Below are positions 28,720 to 39,800 of a DNA stretch of 64,000 bases, piece after piece. A model generated the notes under the pieces. The model did not search any database. It was not told the origin of the DNA and was given only the letters and a program-made list of their open reading frames with translations. The position numbers and the translations under genes were made by a program. The stretch lies in NCBI GenBank assembly GCA_036505355.1, contig DASXTP010000105.1, positions 2,613 to 66,612 of the forward strand, written 5' to 3'. Positions within the stretch are counted from its first letter, which is position 1; each line of letters begins with the position of its first letter. Origin of the DNA: Candidatus Eiseniibacteriota bacterium (GTDB lineage: Bacteria; Eisenbacteria; RBG-16-71-46).

Positions 28720-30432
28720 CTAAAACGAAGAAACCAATCGGAAGTGGAGCTTGCCTTCGGCCGGGGAACGCCCGGGCTCGAGCCCGTAGTCCAGCCCCAC
28801 CAGACCTCCCGCGGCCTCCAATCGCAGGCCGAACCCTACACCGTCCGCGGCCCGCGATACGAGCCGGTCGCCGCCGGTCGGAAGCGGAACGCGAGTGCCG
28901 CTGATGGCATGGTCCCAGAACAAGGCCGCGTAGGGCCGCTCGCCCAGGAACCAGCGCCATTCCAAGCGCGACAGCCCGTAGCGGTCGACCCGCAGCTCCT
29001 GCTCGTCGTGGCCACGCAGGGTGGCCGCACCGCCCAGCGGATAGCGCTCGAACAGTGGCAGCAGGCGCTGCGAGCTGAAGCGTCCGGCACCCGAAAGCTC
29101 CACCGTCCAGCCGGCATGCGACCAGCGCCCGCTGCGCCCGCTCGGGAGATGCCACTCGACATGGCACTCGACCGCGCCGGCGTGCGCGGTCTGGCTCCCC
29201 GACGGGCGAAGCCGCTCCGACTTGTAGGTCTGAGACACCTCCACCCGGGCTCGCCCGCCACGCCGGGCGACCCAGCGATCGTTCCGGACGTCCCACTCGA
29301 ATGCCAGCCGCGTGGTCTTGAGGCTTGCCTCCTCCACCGTCTCCCGGGGCTGCACGACGCGCTCCTGCTCGTAGCCTACCTCGAGCTTCTCCCGACCCGA
29401 CAACAGCAGCTGCACGCGGCCGGCGCCACGGGTCCTGGTGTACAAAGTGTCTTCGACATGCTGCTCGAGCGCGGCTTCGAGCCTGATCGGTGCCATGAAC
29501 ACCAGGGGCTCGGCATAGCGCACCCCGAAGGATTCCACCCCACGCGCGCGCGATTCCCAGGCGAGCCCGGCCGAGCGCCCGGTACCCGCCAGGTTGTCGA
29601 GCTCGAGCCGCAGGTTGCCGACCGCCCCTCCCTGTCCCTGCAAGCCGAGCAGGCCGTCGACCCGGTTGTAGCGCGGCTCCTCCACTCGATAGACGAGCTG
29701 CGCTTGGCGCCAGTCGCTCTCGCCCTCGAGCCCGACGTAGCTCACGGTCCGGAACAGCCCGAGCTGGAGCAGCCGATCCCGAGCCGCTTCGGCAGCCGCT
29801 CGGTCGTAGAGGTTGCCCTCCAGCGACCCGACGCAGCGTCGAAGGATCGCGTGCCGCGTCACACGCAGGCCGTCGATCCGCGCCCGGCTGATCCTGACCT
29901 CGGGGCCCAGCGCCCCACCGACGCGGACCCGCGCACCCGCGCTGTCCCACTCGAGCGAGGTCACGCCCAGCCGGGCATACGGATGCTCTCGCTCGGCCGC
30001 ATGTCGCACCGCCCGAGTCACGGCCTCCCCCAGCGCGCGGGGCGAGGCCCAGCTCCCGGGCTCGAGGCCGAGCGAGGTGGCGAAGGCCAGGGAATCCCCC
30101 GGGACCGGCGTGTCGAGCGTGAGGTTGGCGAGTCGGAACCGGGATCCTTCGTGCACCTCGATCCACAGAGTCGGCTCCGGGATCCCGGTCGACGACAACC
30201 ACGCGGCTTGGGCCTGCGCTTCGAGGTAGCCCATGTTCTGCAGCTCGGTGACCAGCCGTCCCAGCGGCTCGACCAGGGCGGTGGAATCGGGGGTCGCGCG
30301 CAACGCCGTGGCGAACAGACCCTCGACCTGCCGTCGCGTCAGGACGACGCCCCGGTAGTCGAGGTGGGCGGACGCCGCTGTGGCCGTTCCTCCCACCAGC
30401 AAGGTGGCGATCAATACCAGGCGCGCGGTCAT
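28720..30432 (-). CDS. Omp85-family outer-membrane protein (BamA/TamA-like; POTRA + surface-antigen beta-barrel)
   Basis: Signal peptide MTARLVLIATLLVGGTATAASA, POTRA-like N-terminal region, beta-barrel ending ...KLHFRLVSSF (terminal Phe). ATGA overlap with the upstream large gene. Confidence 0.75.
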   Translation of the reverse strand: MTARLVLIATLLVGGTATAASAHLDYRGVVLTRRQVEGLFATALRATPDSTALVEPLGRLVTELQNMGYLEAQAQAAWLSSTGIPEPTLWIEVHEGSRFRLANLTLDTPVPGDSLAFATSLGLEPGSWASPRALGEAVTRAVRHAAEREHPYARLGVTSLEWDSAGARVRVGGALGPEVRISRARIDGLRVTRHAILRRCVGSLEGNLYDRAAAEAARDRLLQLGLFRTVSYVGLEGESDWRQAQLVYRVEEPRYNRVDGLLGLQGQGGAVGNLRLELDNLAGTGRSAGLAWESRARGVESFGVRYAEPLVFMAPIRLEAALEQHVEDTLYTRTRGAGRVQLLLSGREKLEVGYEQERVVQPRETVEEASLKTTRLAFEWDVRNDRWVARRGGRARVEVSQTYKSERLRPSGSQTAHAGAVECHVEWHLPSGRSGRWSHAGWTVELSGAGRFSSQRLLPLFERYPLGGAATLRGHDEQELRVDRYGLSRLEWRWFLGERPYAALFWDHAISGTRVPLPTGGDRLVSRAADGVGFGLRLEAAGGLVGLDYGLEPGRSPAEGKLHFRLVSSF

Positions 30433-33400
30433 CAGAAAAACGCCCTCAGCTCGGCCCGCCCGGTGTGCTGGGTCGCGGCCCCGGAGCGGTCGATCAAGGT
30501 CCAGCTGATCCCGAGCGTGGTGCTCTCGCGCAGGCGGTAGTCGACTCGTGCCGAGCCCTGCCAGCGGGGTGCACCTGCCGGATCCGTCGACGGCAGCAGG
30601 CTCAATGCCGGCGGGCCCCACTGCAGGGCGCGCCGGGCGCTCAGCTCGACGGTGCCGCGGGCGCCCACGGCGACGCTGGCGTCGGGCCCGAGCTGTAGGG
30701 TGCGGGTCCATCCGCTGGCCGCCCCACCGCCGGCGCGAGACCACGAGGCATCGACGCTGGCAGCCGCACGTCGGCGCGCATCCGGAGCAAAGCTCAGCTG
30801 CCCCAACGCGCCTCCTTCGTCCAGCGCGCGGCGGAAAGAGCTGCTGGCTCCGAGCGCCTGGGTGGCCTCTCGGCGATCCCACCGCGCCTCGAGCTCGGTG
30901 GTCCAGCCGGTCCCGGGCCGCGCCCTCCAGCGGGCGCTCGACCGGCGTTCTTCCGAGGTCTGCGAGAAGTTCTCGTAGCCCCGGTCGGAGCTGGCGCGGC
31001 GTTCGAGGCGGAGTCTCAGCGCGCCGGCACGCGACCCGGGTGCCAGCTCGGCCTCGAGGCGCTGACTCAACGACGCTCTCGACAGCCCGCCGTCGCCCAG
31101 CGTGACCGCGGGGGACAGCAAGGCGTCCGTCACGCGCGCCGCGCCGCGCCGCCGTCCCTCGCTTTCGAACGCGAACTCGATCCGGGAGCCGCGCCACGCC
31201 TCGGAGGCTCCAAACTGCCAGGCGAGCCGGGCGCTGGTCGCGGTGCGGCTCACGGGACGGAGCGCCGGGTCGACCGTCAGGGACAGATCATAGCTCCCGG
31301 TACCCACCAGGTTTCCCAGACTATCGTAGGCTCCTTGGCCGGGCCCGACAAAGGTCAACACTCGCCGGCGCGCGTTCTCGCCTTCGCTCGTGATTTCGAG
31401 GTTCAAGATCCCGGACAGTCCGCGCCTGGCGTCGGCGGCCCGCAGCCGCGCGCTGGCGAGATCACTCCGCGTGCGTCGCGCGTCGGCGAGGGGCATCCAC
31501 TGGCGGCGTTGGTAGCTCAGCACCGCCCCCCAGGGGGCTGCGGCCGGCGTCTGCAGGCCGAGGCTCGCGGTGCGGGCTTCGGCCTGATCCTCGAACCCGA
31601 GGGCCGTCAGCCGGGCCTCGCGCCGCACCGCATATCCGGCCTGGCCCTGCCAGGCCAGGTTTCGGGGGCTGCGCAGCTCGCCGCCCAGCTCTCGAGAGCG
31701 TTCTCCGACCCGCCCGGTGTCGCTGGGGAAGCGGCGTTCGTCCCAATCCCCGCGCACCCTCGGCTCGAGCCACGGCAGCTGGAGTCCGAGCTCGCCGCTT
31801 TCCCGCTCCCGCCCGCCTCGCGGAAAGGAGATCCGATCCTGTTCCCCGTCGGCACGATCCCAGCGCAGCAGCGTGGTCACGGTCCCGCTGTTCCGCCACT
31901 CGGCCGAGCGCCGCCACGATCGAAAGCCGTCGGGGGTCTCGAGCCGGCCGAGCATCGCCTTGAGCTCGCCCCCCAGCGGACGCAAGAACCCCGAGACTTC
32001 GGTGCGCGTCTGGTGATCGAGGTCGCCGCCCGAAGGCAGTCCCCAGTCCTCCTCCGTGAAAGGCCGCTCGAGCCGGCTGAAGGGTTGGAAACGGGATTCC
32101 ACGGTACGCAGCCGGGCCGACAGCCCGCCGTGGCGGCCGAGCCAGAACGGCACCGCACCTTCCAGGGCCAGCGACGCGCTGCCCGCACGCCCCAGGTTGT
32201 CGTCGTCGTCCCGCGACGAGAAGGTGTTGAGATCATGGCGGGAGAGGGCCCCCTCAAGGTCGAGGGTCGCGGGGCCACGGCGGACTCCGCCCGCCAGGCT
32301 CCAGAGCTGGCGGGAGTCTGGCAGCGGCAGCGAGCGCCCGATTCGGTACTCGCCGTTGCCGCTGCCCACGTAACGGTAGGCGATCCGACCGGCGCTCGAG
32401 CCCGACTCCGCATAGTCCCCGCGCCCCGCTCCGACTCGCGTGAACTGCAGGGCATAGCGCCCCGAATCGCGTCCCACGAACACGAACCCCGAATCCGGGC
32501 TCAGATCATAATCGCCTCTTCCGCTCGTCACCCCACCGCCGAGCGCCGCGCCGGCCGAGTCGCCGGCGGCCGCCAGCACCAGGCGATCCCCGGCGTCGAA
32601 GGCCGTCCCGAGCGGCCGCCCGCCGTCGTCGTACTCGGTGAGCAGCGTGGTGTGCGCGTACCAGCCGCCCCGCTGCCAGCTCGCCGCGGTGGCCGCCAGG
32701 TTGCGTCGGAATCGGTTGACCGCGAACTGGTACTCGACGGTGATGCGCGACGCCGAGGTGATCGGTCGCCGGTTCGTGAAGGTGAGGCGCGCCTGATCGT
32801 AGTCCATCGCGTAGTCGGCGCTCTCGCCGCGGATCAGTCGCTCGCCGTCGACCGTCACCACCTCGCTTCCAGGCACCACCGTGATTCCGGTGCCGCCTTG
32901 GCGGTCGGTGAGCAGGTACGGTCCTTGGCGCCCTTCGACGCCGAAGAACTGCAGCCGGTGGTACTCGCCCTGTGCGCTGGCCGCGGCCACCACGCCGCGG
33001 AGATCACCGGTGCCCCACTCCCCGCGCACGCCCTGGAGGTGGCGCTCGAGGCGCGCGAATTCGCCCCGCTGCAAGTTCAAGCTGACGTCGCCGAGCGCCG
33101 CGCCTCCGTTCGGCGCTCGCAGCTCGATCAGCAGGCGATCGATCGATTGGAGATCCTGGGTGCTGCCTTCGGCCGTGAGCGGTGTATTGCGGTCCGAGAG
33201 CACGCCGGTGAGCTCCACCCCCGGCGCTAGCGTACCGGTCACCCCCAGATCGAGCGATTGGCGGAAGAAGGCGTCCTGGTTGGAGCCGAAGTCGACGGCG
33301 ACCGTCTTGTTGCCGGTCAGCAACAACGAGGTCCCGATCGGGGCTTCGGTGGGGGATCGCGCGGTCATCCGCCGGGGCGTGAACCACCCCGGCTCGACCG

Positions 33401-33775
33401 GCTGCGAATCGACGGCGGCGCCGGACCCGACGGCAGGCACCGGGTGGTACGCCTGCAGCTGCAGTTCGAGCGGCGGCGGGTCCATCAGCCAGCAAGCCCG
33501 AACGAGCAGGGTCTCGCCCGGGATCGGCTCGCGCAGCAGCCTCAGAACGCCACGCGTCCGGTCGAGCGCGTAGTCGACATCGCGCAGCAGAGAACCCCGG
33601 GCGGTCCAGATCGAATCGGTCCCGGCGCGCAAGAAGGCGTGGGGCAGGAGGTATTGAACGGTGCTCGACCGCTGGACCACCGCCACGACACCACAGGCGG
33701 GGTCCGAGACTACCGCCGCCGGCTCCCCGGCCGCCACGCACCGAGCCATCATCAACGCAGCGAGCATCCACCCCC
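30432..33775 (-). CDS. large (1114 aa) beta-rich envelope protein translationally coupled to the Omp85 gene (TamB-like partner or giant OMP; function uncertain)
   Basis: Gly/Arg/Asp-rich repetitive beta-strand-like sequence with a C-terminal ...AELRAFF beta-signal-like ending. Start chosen at MLAALMMARCVAAG after GGGGGTGG. No enzymatic motifs. Confidence 0.45.
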
Positions 33776-33847
33776 GGCCCAAGGCGATCGAGCATCGACC
33801 TCCGCGACCCGGTCGCAGCTCCCGGCCCGGCGAGCGCGGCCCGCGGC

Positions 33848-35007
33848 TCATGGTTTTCGGCCTCGCAGCTCGAGCGACGGATTCGGCTCGGCCTTGATCT
33901 CGTCCACCACGGCAATGCGCACGGCCCAACGCGCCACCCGGCCGGGAGCGGTCTCGGCCACCAGCAGAGAGCCGAGCACGCCCGGAGCGAACGCCACGGC
34001 CCTGGGCCGGAGGAAGTCGTGCCGCTCGGCCAACAGCGCACCGTTGGCGCGGAAGATCCACACGGCACCTGCGGCTTCGTCTGCCACCGCGACCCCGCCC
34101 GAATCGTCCACGGCCACCGCCAACTCTCCGGCCGTCGCCGAGCGGGCCGGGAGCGGGAGTCGCCAGGTGGCGCGGACCGAGCCATCCTGACCGAGCCGCT
34201 GCACGCGCGCGCTCGAAACCTCCACGGTGACCAGATCGCCGCGGGGCGCGACCGCGACCGCCCGCAGCCCGCGGAACGAGCCGGGAGTCGGGCCGAACCC
34301 GCCGATGGCGCGACGGAAGCGGCCCGCGAAGTCGAAGGCCAGGATGCGCTCGCGGGCGGCGTCCACCACGAAGAGCGCACCGCCGCGATCGGCCGCCAGG
34401 CCCGTGGGATCGACACGTCCCAGTTGGCGCTCGAGCTCCGGTGAGCCCAGGTCCACGGCGACCCCGAGCCGCCGGCCAAAGAAGTCGTACGTCAGCACCC
34501 TCCGGTTCTCCCGGTCGAGCACCGCCACGCCGAGACCGCCGAGGACCACCACAGAGCCCGGCCGCCGCATCTGCCCCGGATCGCTGCCGAGGGCGCCCGT
34601 CTCGCCCAACAGCCGGCCCGCTCGATCGAACCACTGGAGGCGGTGGAGCGCGGCGTCGGAGACGTACACTTGCCCCATCGAATTCACCGCCATCCCCGCC
34701 GGCTCGATCACCTGACCGGGACCGTCGCCGCTCCCGGCCAGGGTCGACATCTTCATCAGCACGACGCGCTCGTTGCCCGGTCCGCGGGCGGGGGGAACCG
34801 CCGACGGCGCCGCGGGCAGCGTGTCGGGGCGTTCGGAGGGAACCGGTGGAGCCACGGTCGCCGCAGAGTCCGAGCCCGGCGACGAGTCCGCGAACGATGC
34901 CGCGACCCTCGGATCGGGAGCCACCGAAGTGACCGCCCGCGGCGGCGAACTCGCGGCCGCCGAACTCTCCCACGGCAGGGCGATCCAAGCCGTGGCCAGC
35001 GCCCGCA
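33848..35007 (-). CDS. NHL-repeat (six-bladed beta-propeller) protein with signal peptide and Pro/Ser/Ala-rich linker
   Basis: GTG start gives MRALATAWIALPW. Linker SSPPRAVTSVAPDP...PPARGPG. Repeated blades of the type GxxxxPxGxAVdxxGxxYVxDxxnxRvxxf (e.g. GQVYVSDAALHRLQWFD, GALFVVDAARERILAFD). Confidence 0.65.
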
Positions 35008-35036
35008 CGAGGGGAATGCCCCCCCGTCGGCTCCAC

Positions 35037-35175
35037 TTGAAATGGCGCGATCGACTGCGTTGGCTCGGTCGGTTGCTTCCTCGATGCGGCTTGAAGACCA
35101 CGATCCCCGGGCACCCGCCGCAGGCGGGTCGCCATCCTTCGCACGCCTTGCGCTCGGACGTTTTCAAAACGGAGC
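35037..35175. repeat. ~135-bp repeated intergenic element, copy A (about 80% identical to copy B at 46105-46235)
   Basis: Shared blocks: GAAAACG, CTGCGTTGG(C/T)TCGGTC, GAAGACCACGATCCC, CTTCGCACGCCTTGCGCTCG, CGTTTTCA. Lies 30 nt upstream of the NHL-repeat gene start codon. Confidence 0.6.
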
Positions 35176-35192
35176 CTTCCGCAGCCTGCGGC

Positions 35193-36070
35193 TCAGAAAT
35201 GCACGCGCACCCCGAACTGAAACGCGGTCGGGTCGCCACCGACCGGGACGCACTCCAGATTCCACGACCGCGCCGCCGCCGCGGCGCCGCCCGCATAGCG
35301 GGCGGCGTGGATCGCGCTCACCAACCGGTTGGCGATCGCCAGGGCCAAGGCGGTGTTGGCCCGAAGCGCCGCGCGTTCGGCGCGCTTGCGCTCGTCGCCG
35401 TATTGGCGATAGCTCTGCTCGTCGGCCCACGCCCAGGTGTCCGAGCCCGTGAGCTGGTGCTGGGCGATGTATTGGTTGTACGCCGCCGGATCGCCGTAAT
35501 AGAGGTTGGCGGCGTCACGCCGGACCACCAGCCGATTGTATTCGTCGCTGCTCGGGTACTGCCCGACGATGCGACGGAACTCTTCGTCCCGCGACCGCAG
35601 GTCGATCCCGGCGAACAGTTGCGCCGTACGCTCGTAGGTCAGGCGCCGCAACTGCTCCTGGATCCGAAACGAGGTGAACGAGGCCCAGACGCCGACCTCG
35701 GCCACGGCAAAGACCTTGGCCGAGGTGCGCCGGCCGAGCGTGGCTTGGCCCCACCCCGGAACCGTGAGCGACTGGAGGAGAATGCGGGCGCGTTCGACCC
35801 CGAGCCCACTCACGTGCCCGCGCCTTCCGCTGATCGAGGACCGCCGCTCGCCCCGGCCCGTGGCGAACCCCTCCATCGCGGATGACGCCAGGGCGAGCCG
35901 CGAGCACTCCACCGGCGAGCCGGTCCCGTGCGCATCGAGCGGCAGGGCCCGATCCTCGGCACCCGACCACGAAGGATCGAATGGTGCCGCGGTCCGGGCG
36001 CCCAACTCGGGCCCTTCGCTCCATCGCTCGGCTCCTGATGCTTGCGTCGCGGCCGGGCCCACCGTCATCA
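35193..36070 (-). CDS. conserved hypothetical secreted/outer-membrane protein, VPGWGQ-motif family (paralog 2)
   Basis: LLQSLTVPGWGQATLG...WASF and Tyr/Trp-rich C-terminal half ending ...FQFGVRVHF (terminal Phe). About 35% similar to the adjacent paralog. Confidence 0.5.
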
Positions 36071-36109
36071 TGGCAAGCCCGACCCACGCTCGCAGGACCA
36101 CTCGAGGCC

Positions 36110-36898
36110 TCACCGGAAGCTCCTCTGGACGGCGAGCCGCATCTCCGGTCGGCCCTGCCGGAGTCGAGCGTTGGCCTTGAGCTCGAACCCGCGCCCGAGC
36201 GCCAGGTGCCGGTTTCGCGCGGCGCGCAGCCCGTCGGCAGCAGCCAAGAGATGATTGACCCACAGGCCGACCTCGACCCCGCGCGCGCGCCCGAGCTTCT
36301 GGTTGGAGCGCAGGCGCAGGTCGTCGAACTGCTCGCGGGAGGTCGCGTCCGCCCAACCGGGCAACAGCCGCGATTCCGAAGCGATGGCGTCGTAAAAGGC
36401 CTCGTGATCCGCCGCGTACAGCGTTTCGAGCGACGACGGGTCCTCGCCGGTGGCATCGGCCCAGCGCTCGAAGGACCAGGTGCTGGCCGAATCTCCGGGG
36501 GCTCCCACCATCGCCGTGGCGTCGTCGCGCAGTCGATCGGCGTCGCGGTGGAACAGCCACCAGCCCGCCCACCCGGCCGCCTCGGCGACCAGGAACCACA
36601 GGCCACGGGGCTCTCCCTCCACGAGCTGGCCCGTTCCCGGCACCGCGGCCGAAAGCACCAACGCCCGCAGCTCGGCATCGGCTCCCGGCGTCCGCACCAC
36701 GCTATCCTCGGGGACCGTCCACTCGCGCTCGATGGCTCGCTGCGCCAGCAGTAGCTCCGGCTCCCTGGAGTCCGCCAGGCATGCCAGCGCCAGCGCCGAT
36801 CGGTCCGCCGGCGGGGGCGCGGCATGGTCCCACCGCGCGCTCGCCTCGGATGGAAACGGCACCGACAGGGTGAGCGCCAAGACCATGCAGCCGATCAT
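36110..36898 (-). CDS. conserved hypothetical secreted protein, VPGTGQ-motif family (paralog 1)
   Basis: Signal peptide MIGCMVLALTLSVPFPSEASA. LVLSAAVPGTGQLVEG...WAGWWLF and ETLYAADHEAFYDAIASE segments align with paralog 2. ATGA overlap with the upstream M6 protease stop. Confidence 0.55.
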   Translation of the reverse strand: MIGCMVLALTLSVPFPSEASARWDHAAPPPADRSALALACLADSREPELLLAQRAIEREWTVPEDSVVRTPGADAELRALVLSAAVPGTGQLVEGEPRGLWFLVAEAAGWAGWWLFHRDADRLRDDATAMVGAPGDSASTWSFERWADATGEDPSSLETLYAADHEAFYDAIASESRLLPGWADATSREQFDDLRLRSNQKLGRARGVEVGLWVNHLLAAADGLRAARNRHLALGRGFELKANARLRQGRPEMRLAVQRSFR

Positions 36899-39800
36899 CG
36901 GATCAACCCCACCGTCATCACCTCGCTCTGTTCCGAGCCGGCGCTCCGGAACTTGAGGCGAGCCAGATACAGCCCGGCCGGCACTTCGCCCGGATCCCAA
37001 ACCTCCAAGTTGTCAGCACGCCGGCCCGCGCGGCGGAACGAAGCCACCTCGTGCCCCGAGGTGTCGAGGATCTTGAATTCCACGTCGGCCGGCTCGCTGA
37101 GCTGGTAGGCAAAGGCCACCGGGCGGCGCCGCGCCGGGTTGGGAAACACCTTGAGCGATCCCCGGACCAGCGGACCCGCGCTGGGCGGGCCGGCCGCCGC
37201 GGTCCGAACCAGATCGAGCGTGCTGGTTCGCCCCGGATCCCCACCCACCATGGTCCAGGCGCTCGCGATCGGATCGGCCAGCGGCGTGGGGAGCGAATAG
37301 GCATAGAGCGAGCCGAAGCGCGAGTTCTCGACATCGCGCAGGCTGTCGGTCACCGCCCGATCCGGCACCACGATCTCCACCGTGCCGTCGCGATCGAGAT
37401 CGGCCGCCACCGGCGAGCCCACCACCCCGGAGCCGCTCGCGAGCGGCCAGCCGGTGGGCTGCCCACCCGACGCGGTCAGCGCGGCGACGATGCCGCTGCC
37501 GTTCATGGCCACCACCTCACCGCGCCCGTCTCCGTCGACATCCACCAGCAGCGGTGGGCTGTCGGTGCGCAAGCTCTCGTGGGTCGCGCGCCGCGGCCAT
37601 CCCGGCGAGGGGTACCCGCTTTGGTTCCAGAATGCCACCCGCGAGGTGGTCGACTGGGTGAGCACCTCGGCATAGCCGTCCCCGTCCGGATCCCCGGCCC
37701 CCAGCGACGCCACCAGCGTGTCGCCCAGCGCACGCCCCCAGCCCGGCAGGAGATTGCCGACCGGACAGAAGGCCCACAAACGATCGGCGTAATGGGCGAT
37801 CAACGTTCGTTCCCCCGATCCGCAGGTCGCACCCTCCGTGGCAGGCCGCCCCCGCCCGTCGAAGTCGAGCCACAGGAAATCGGGCTCGAACCCCGCACCC
37901 CCTAGCCGCTGGGGCCAGTCACCGGCGACGTTGAACCCACCGCCGAACGGACCGCTGGGATCATCATCCAGCGCCGCCACGTCCCCCTCCCCCCCGCCGG
38001 CAGCGATCCTGGCCATGCCCGGGGGCGCACCCACCGGATTGGGGTCCACCGCGAGCCGGCCGCTCACTCCACCGGCGAGCGCGAGCCCGCTCACCGCTCG
38101 AATCGAGCCGTCGAGCCGCAACGCGTACACATGGCCGTCCGCACATCCTACATACACCGTGGCGTTGGGAGAGAATCCGGCGATCACCGGTGGCGTGGTC
38201 ACGATCGAGGGCAACGGCGGGGGCCAGCCGGGCAAGGCGGCCCCGGCGGAATCGACCAGCCACACGCGCCCGCCGGCGAAGCTGGTGTCGGGCCCATCGG
38301 GGAAGGTCGTGACCGCGAAGTACGATGGCCCGCGCAGCGGCTGTCCCGGCACCCCCGGTTCGCCGAGCGGGAGCGCCGCCATCACCGCTCGCGGTCGCCG
38401 GTCCAGATGGGCGAAGGCGGCGGTGCTGTCGCGGACCCCGCGGCCGCTGACCCGCACCGCGAACAGCGCCGCGCTGTCGGGGCTGTCGATGGCGCCACCC
38501 GCCCAGCACACCTCGAGCGATCGATCCCCGTCGAGGTCCGTGGCCAGCAGCACCGGGCCGCCCGGCGGAAAGTCGCCGGCGGCCGGCCACCCGGCGAGCT
38601 GCCACGTCCGCGACGCCGAGAAGCGCATCACCGGACCCGGGTCGTCGAGGAAGTCGAGACGCACGTGTGGTCGGGTCCCGATGTGCGGGCTGAGGTTGGG
38701 CGTGGTCGAATCGGAGAGCGACGGATTGTTGCTACGGAAGTAGGGATCGAACGGGCTCCCGAGCACGAACGGCGAGCTGATATCGCCGAGGTCGCCGAGC
38801 CCGTCCGCTTCGATCACCGTCTCGCCGCGCCGCGCCGGGTTCGAGTTGAAGCCGTAGTCCGGGTTGACTCGTAAGGCGGTGGTGAACGGGATCACGCTGG
38901 CGTCGATGTGCCACACCACCATGCCGCCGCCCGGCAGTAGCGCGTCGTACTCGAACCGGTCGGGCCGCTTGGGCCCGAGCACCACCCGGGTCGTCATGTC
39001 CTGGTCCAGATCGACGGTGTCCGCCGGAGCCAGGTGGCGATTCTCGAGCAGCAGGTACTCGTCGCTCGACAAGAACACCCGGCGAACGTCGGGGTGGCGT
39101 TCGATGTCGGTCACCGCCATGGTGTCGCCCCACGAAGGCTCGACGAAGTCGAGCGTATCGGTGGTGAAGAACCGCTGGAAGGGATCGACGCTCGGCGGCA
39201 GCAGGCCGGTGGCGAAGATCACACTGCCGTCCCTCAGCTCGACCAGGGAACCGGCCAGGTTCCCGGCGTCCATCAGACTCCACAAGCCTGTCACCGGATA
39301 GCCGCTGTTGACGTCGTAGACGTCGTACATGCCGAACAGATTGTGGCCGTTCTCGTGAGCGATCACGCCGTTCAGCGCGCTGTAGAAGCCATCCTGGATC
39401 TCGGTCTCGGGCACGAAGGCGCAACGATCGATCGGGCGGAGGCGGTTGGTGGAATCGGGAAAGATCACCACGTTGGTGTCGTCGAGACCGACGGTGAAAG
39501 ATGGGATGTCGAGCGGGCTGTCGAACCGGACGTCGCTCTGCGCGTCGCTGCCGGCGTGGATGATCATGAAGCGATCGTAGGCGTCCCACGGGATGCGATC
39601 CCCGAGCACGATCGACTGGGAGTCGGCAGCGAACATCATGGTGCGGAACATGTGGACCGCGGCCGCGTAGAGGTCCACGGTCGCATCCCAAGGTCCGAAG
39701 TCGGCCATGTCGCTGACCGAATAGGCTTGGGTTTCGGAGCGCGGCCAGACGTCGCCCTCGATCACGGTGCGGCCATAGGACTGGGCGTCGTAGAAGCGCC

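Noticed and set aside
26540-30202. Single 1220-aa ORF spanning the DinG helicase and part of the Omp85 gene
   Set aside because: A GTG start with GGGGAG Shine-Dalgarno at 28712 and an unrelated Arg-rich N-terminal 500 aa. It is better explained as two genes, dinG and the Omp85-family gene in another frame.
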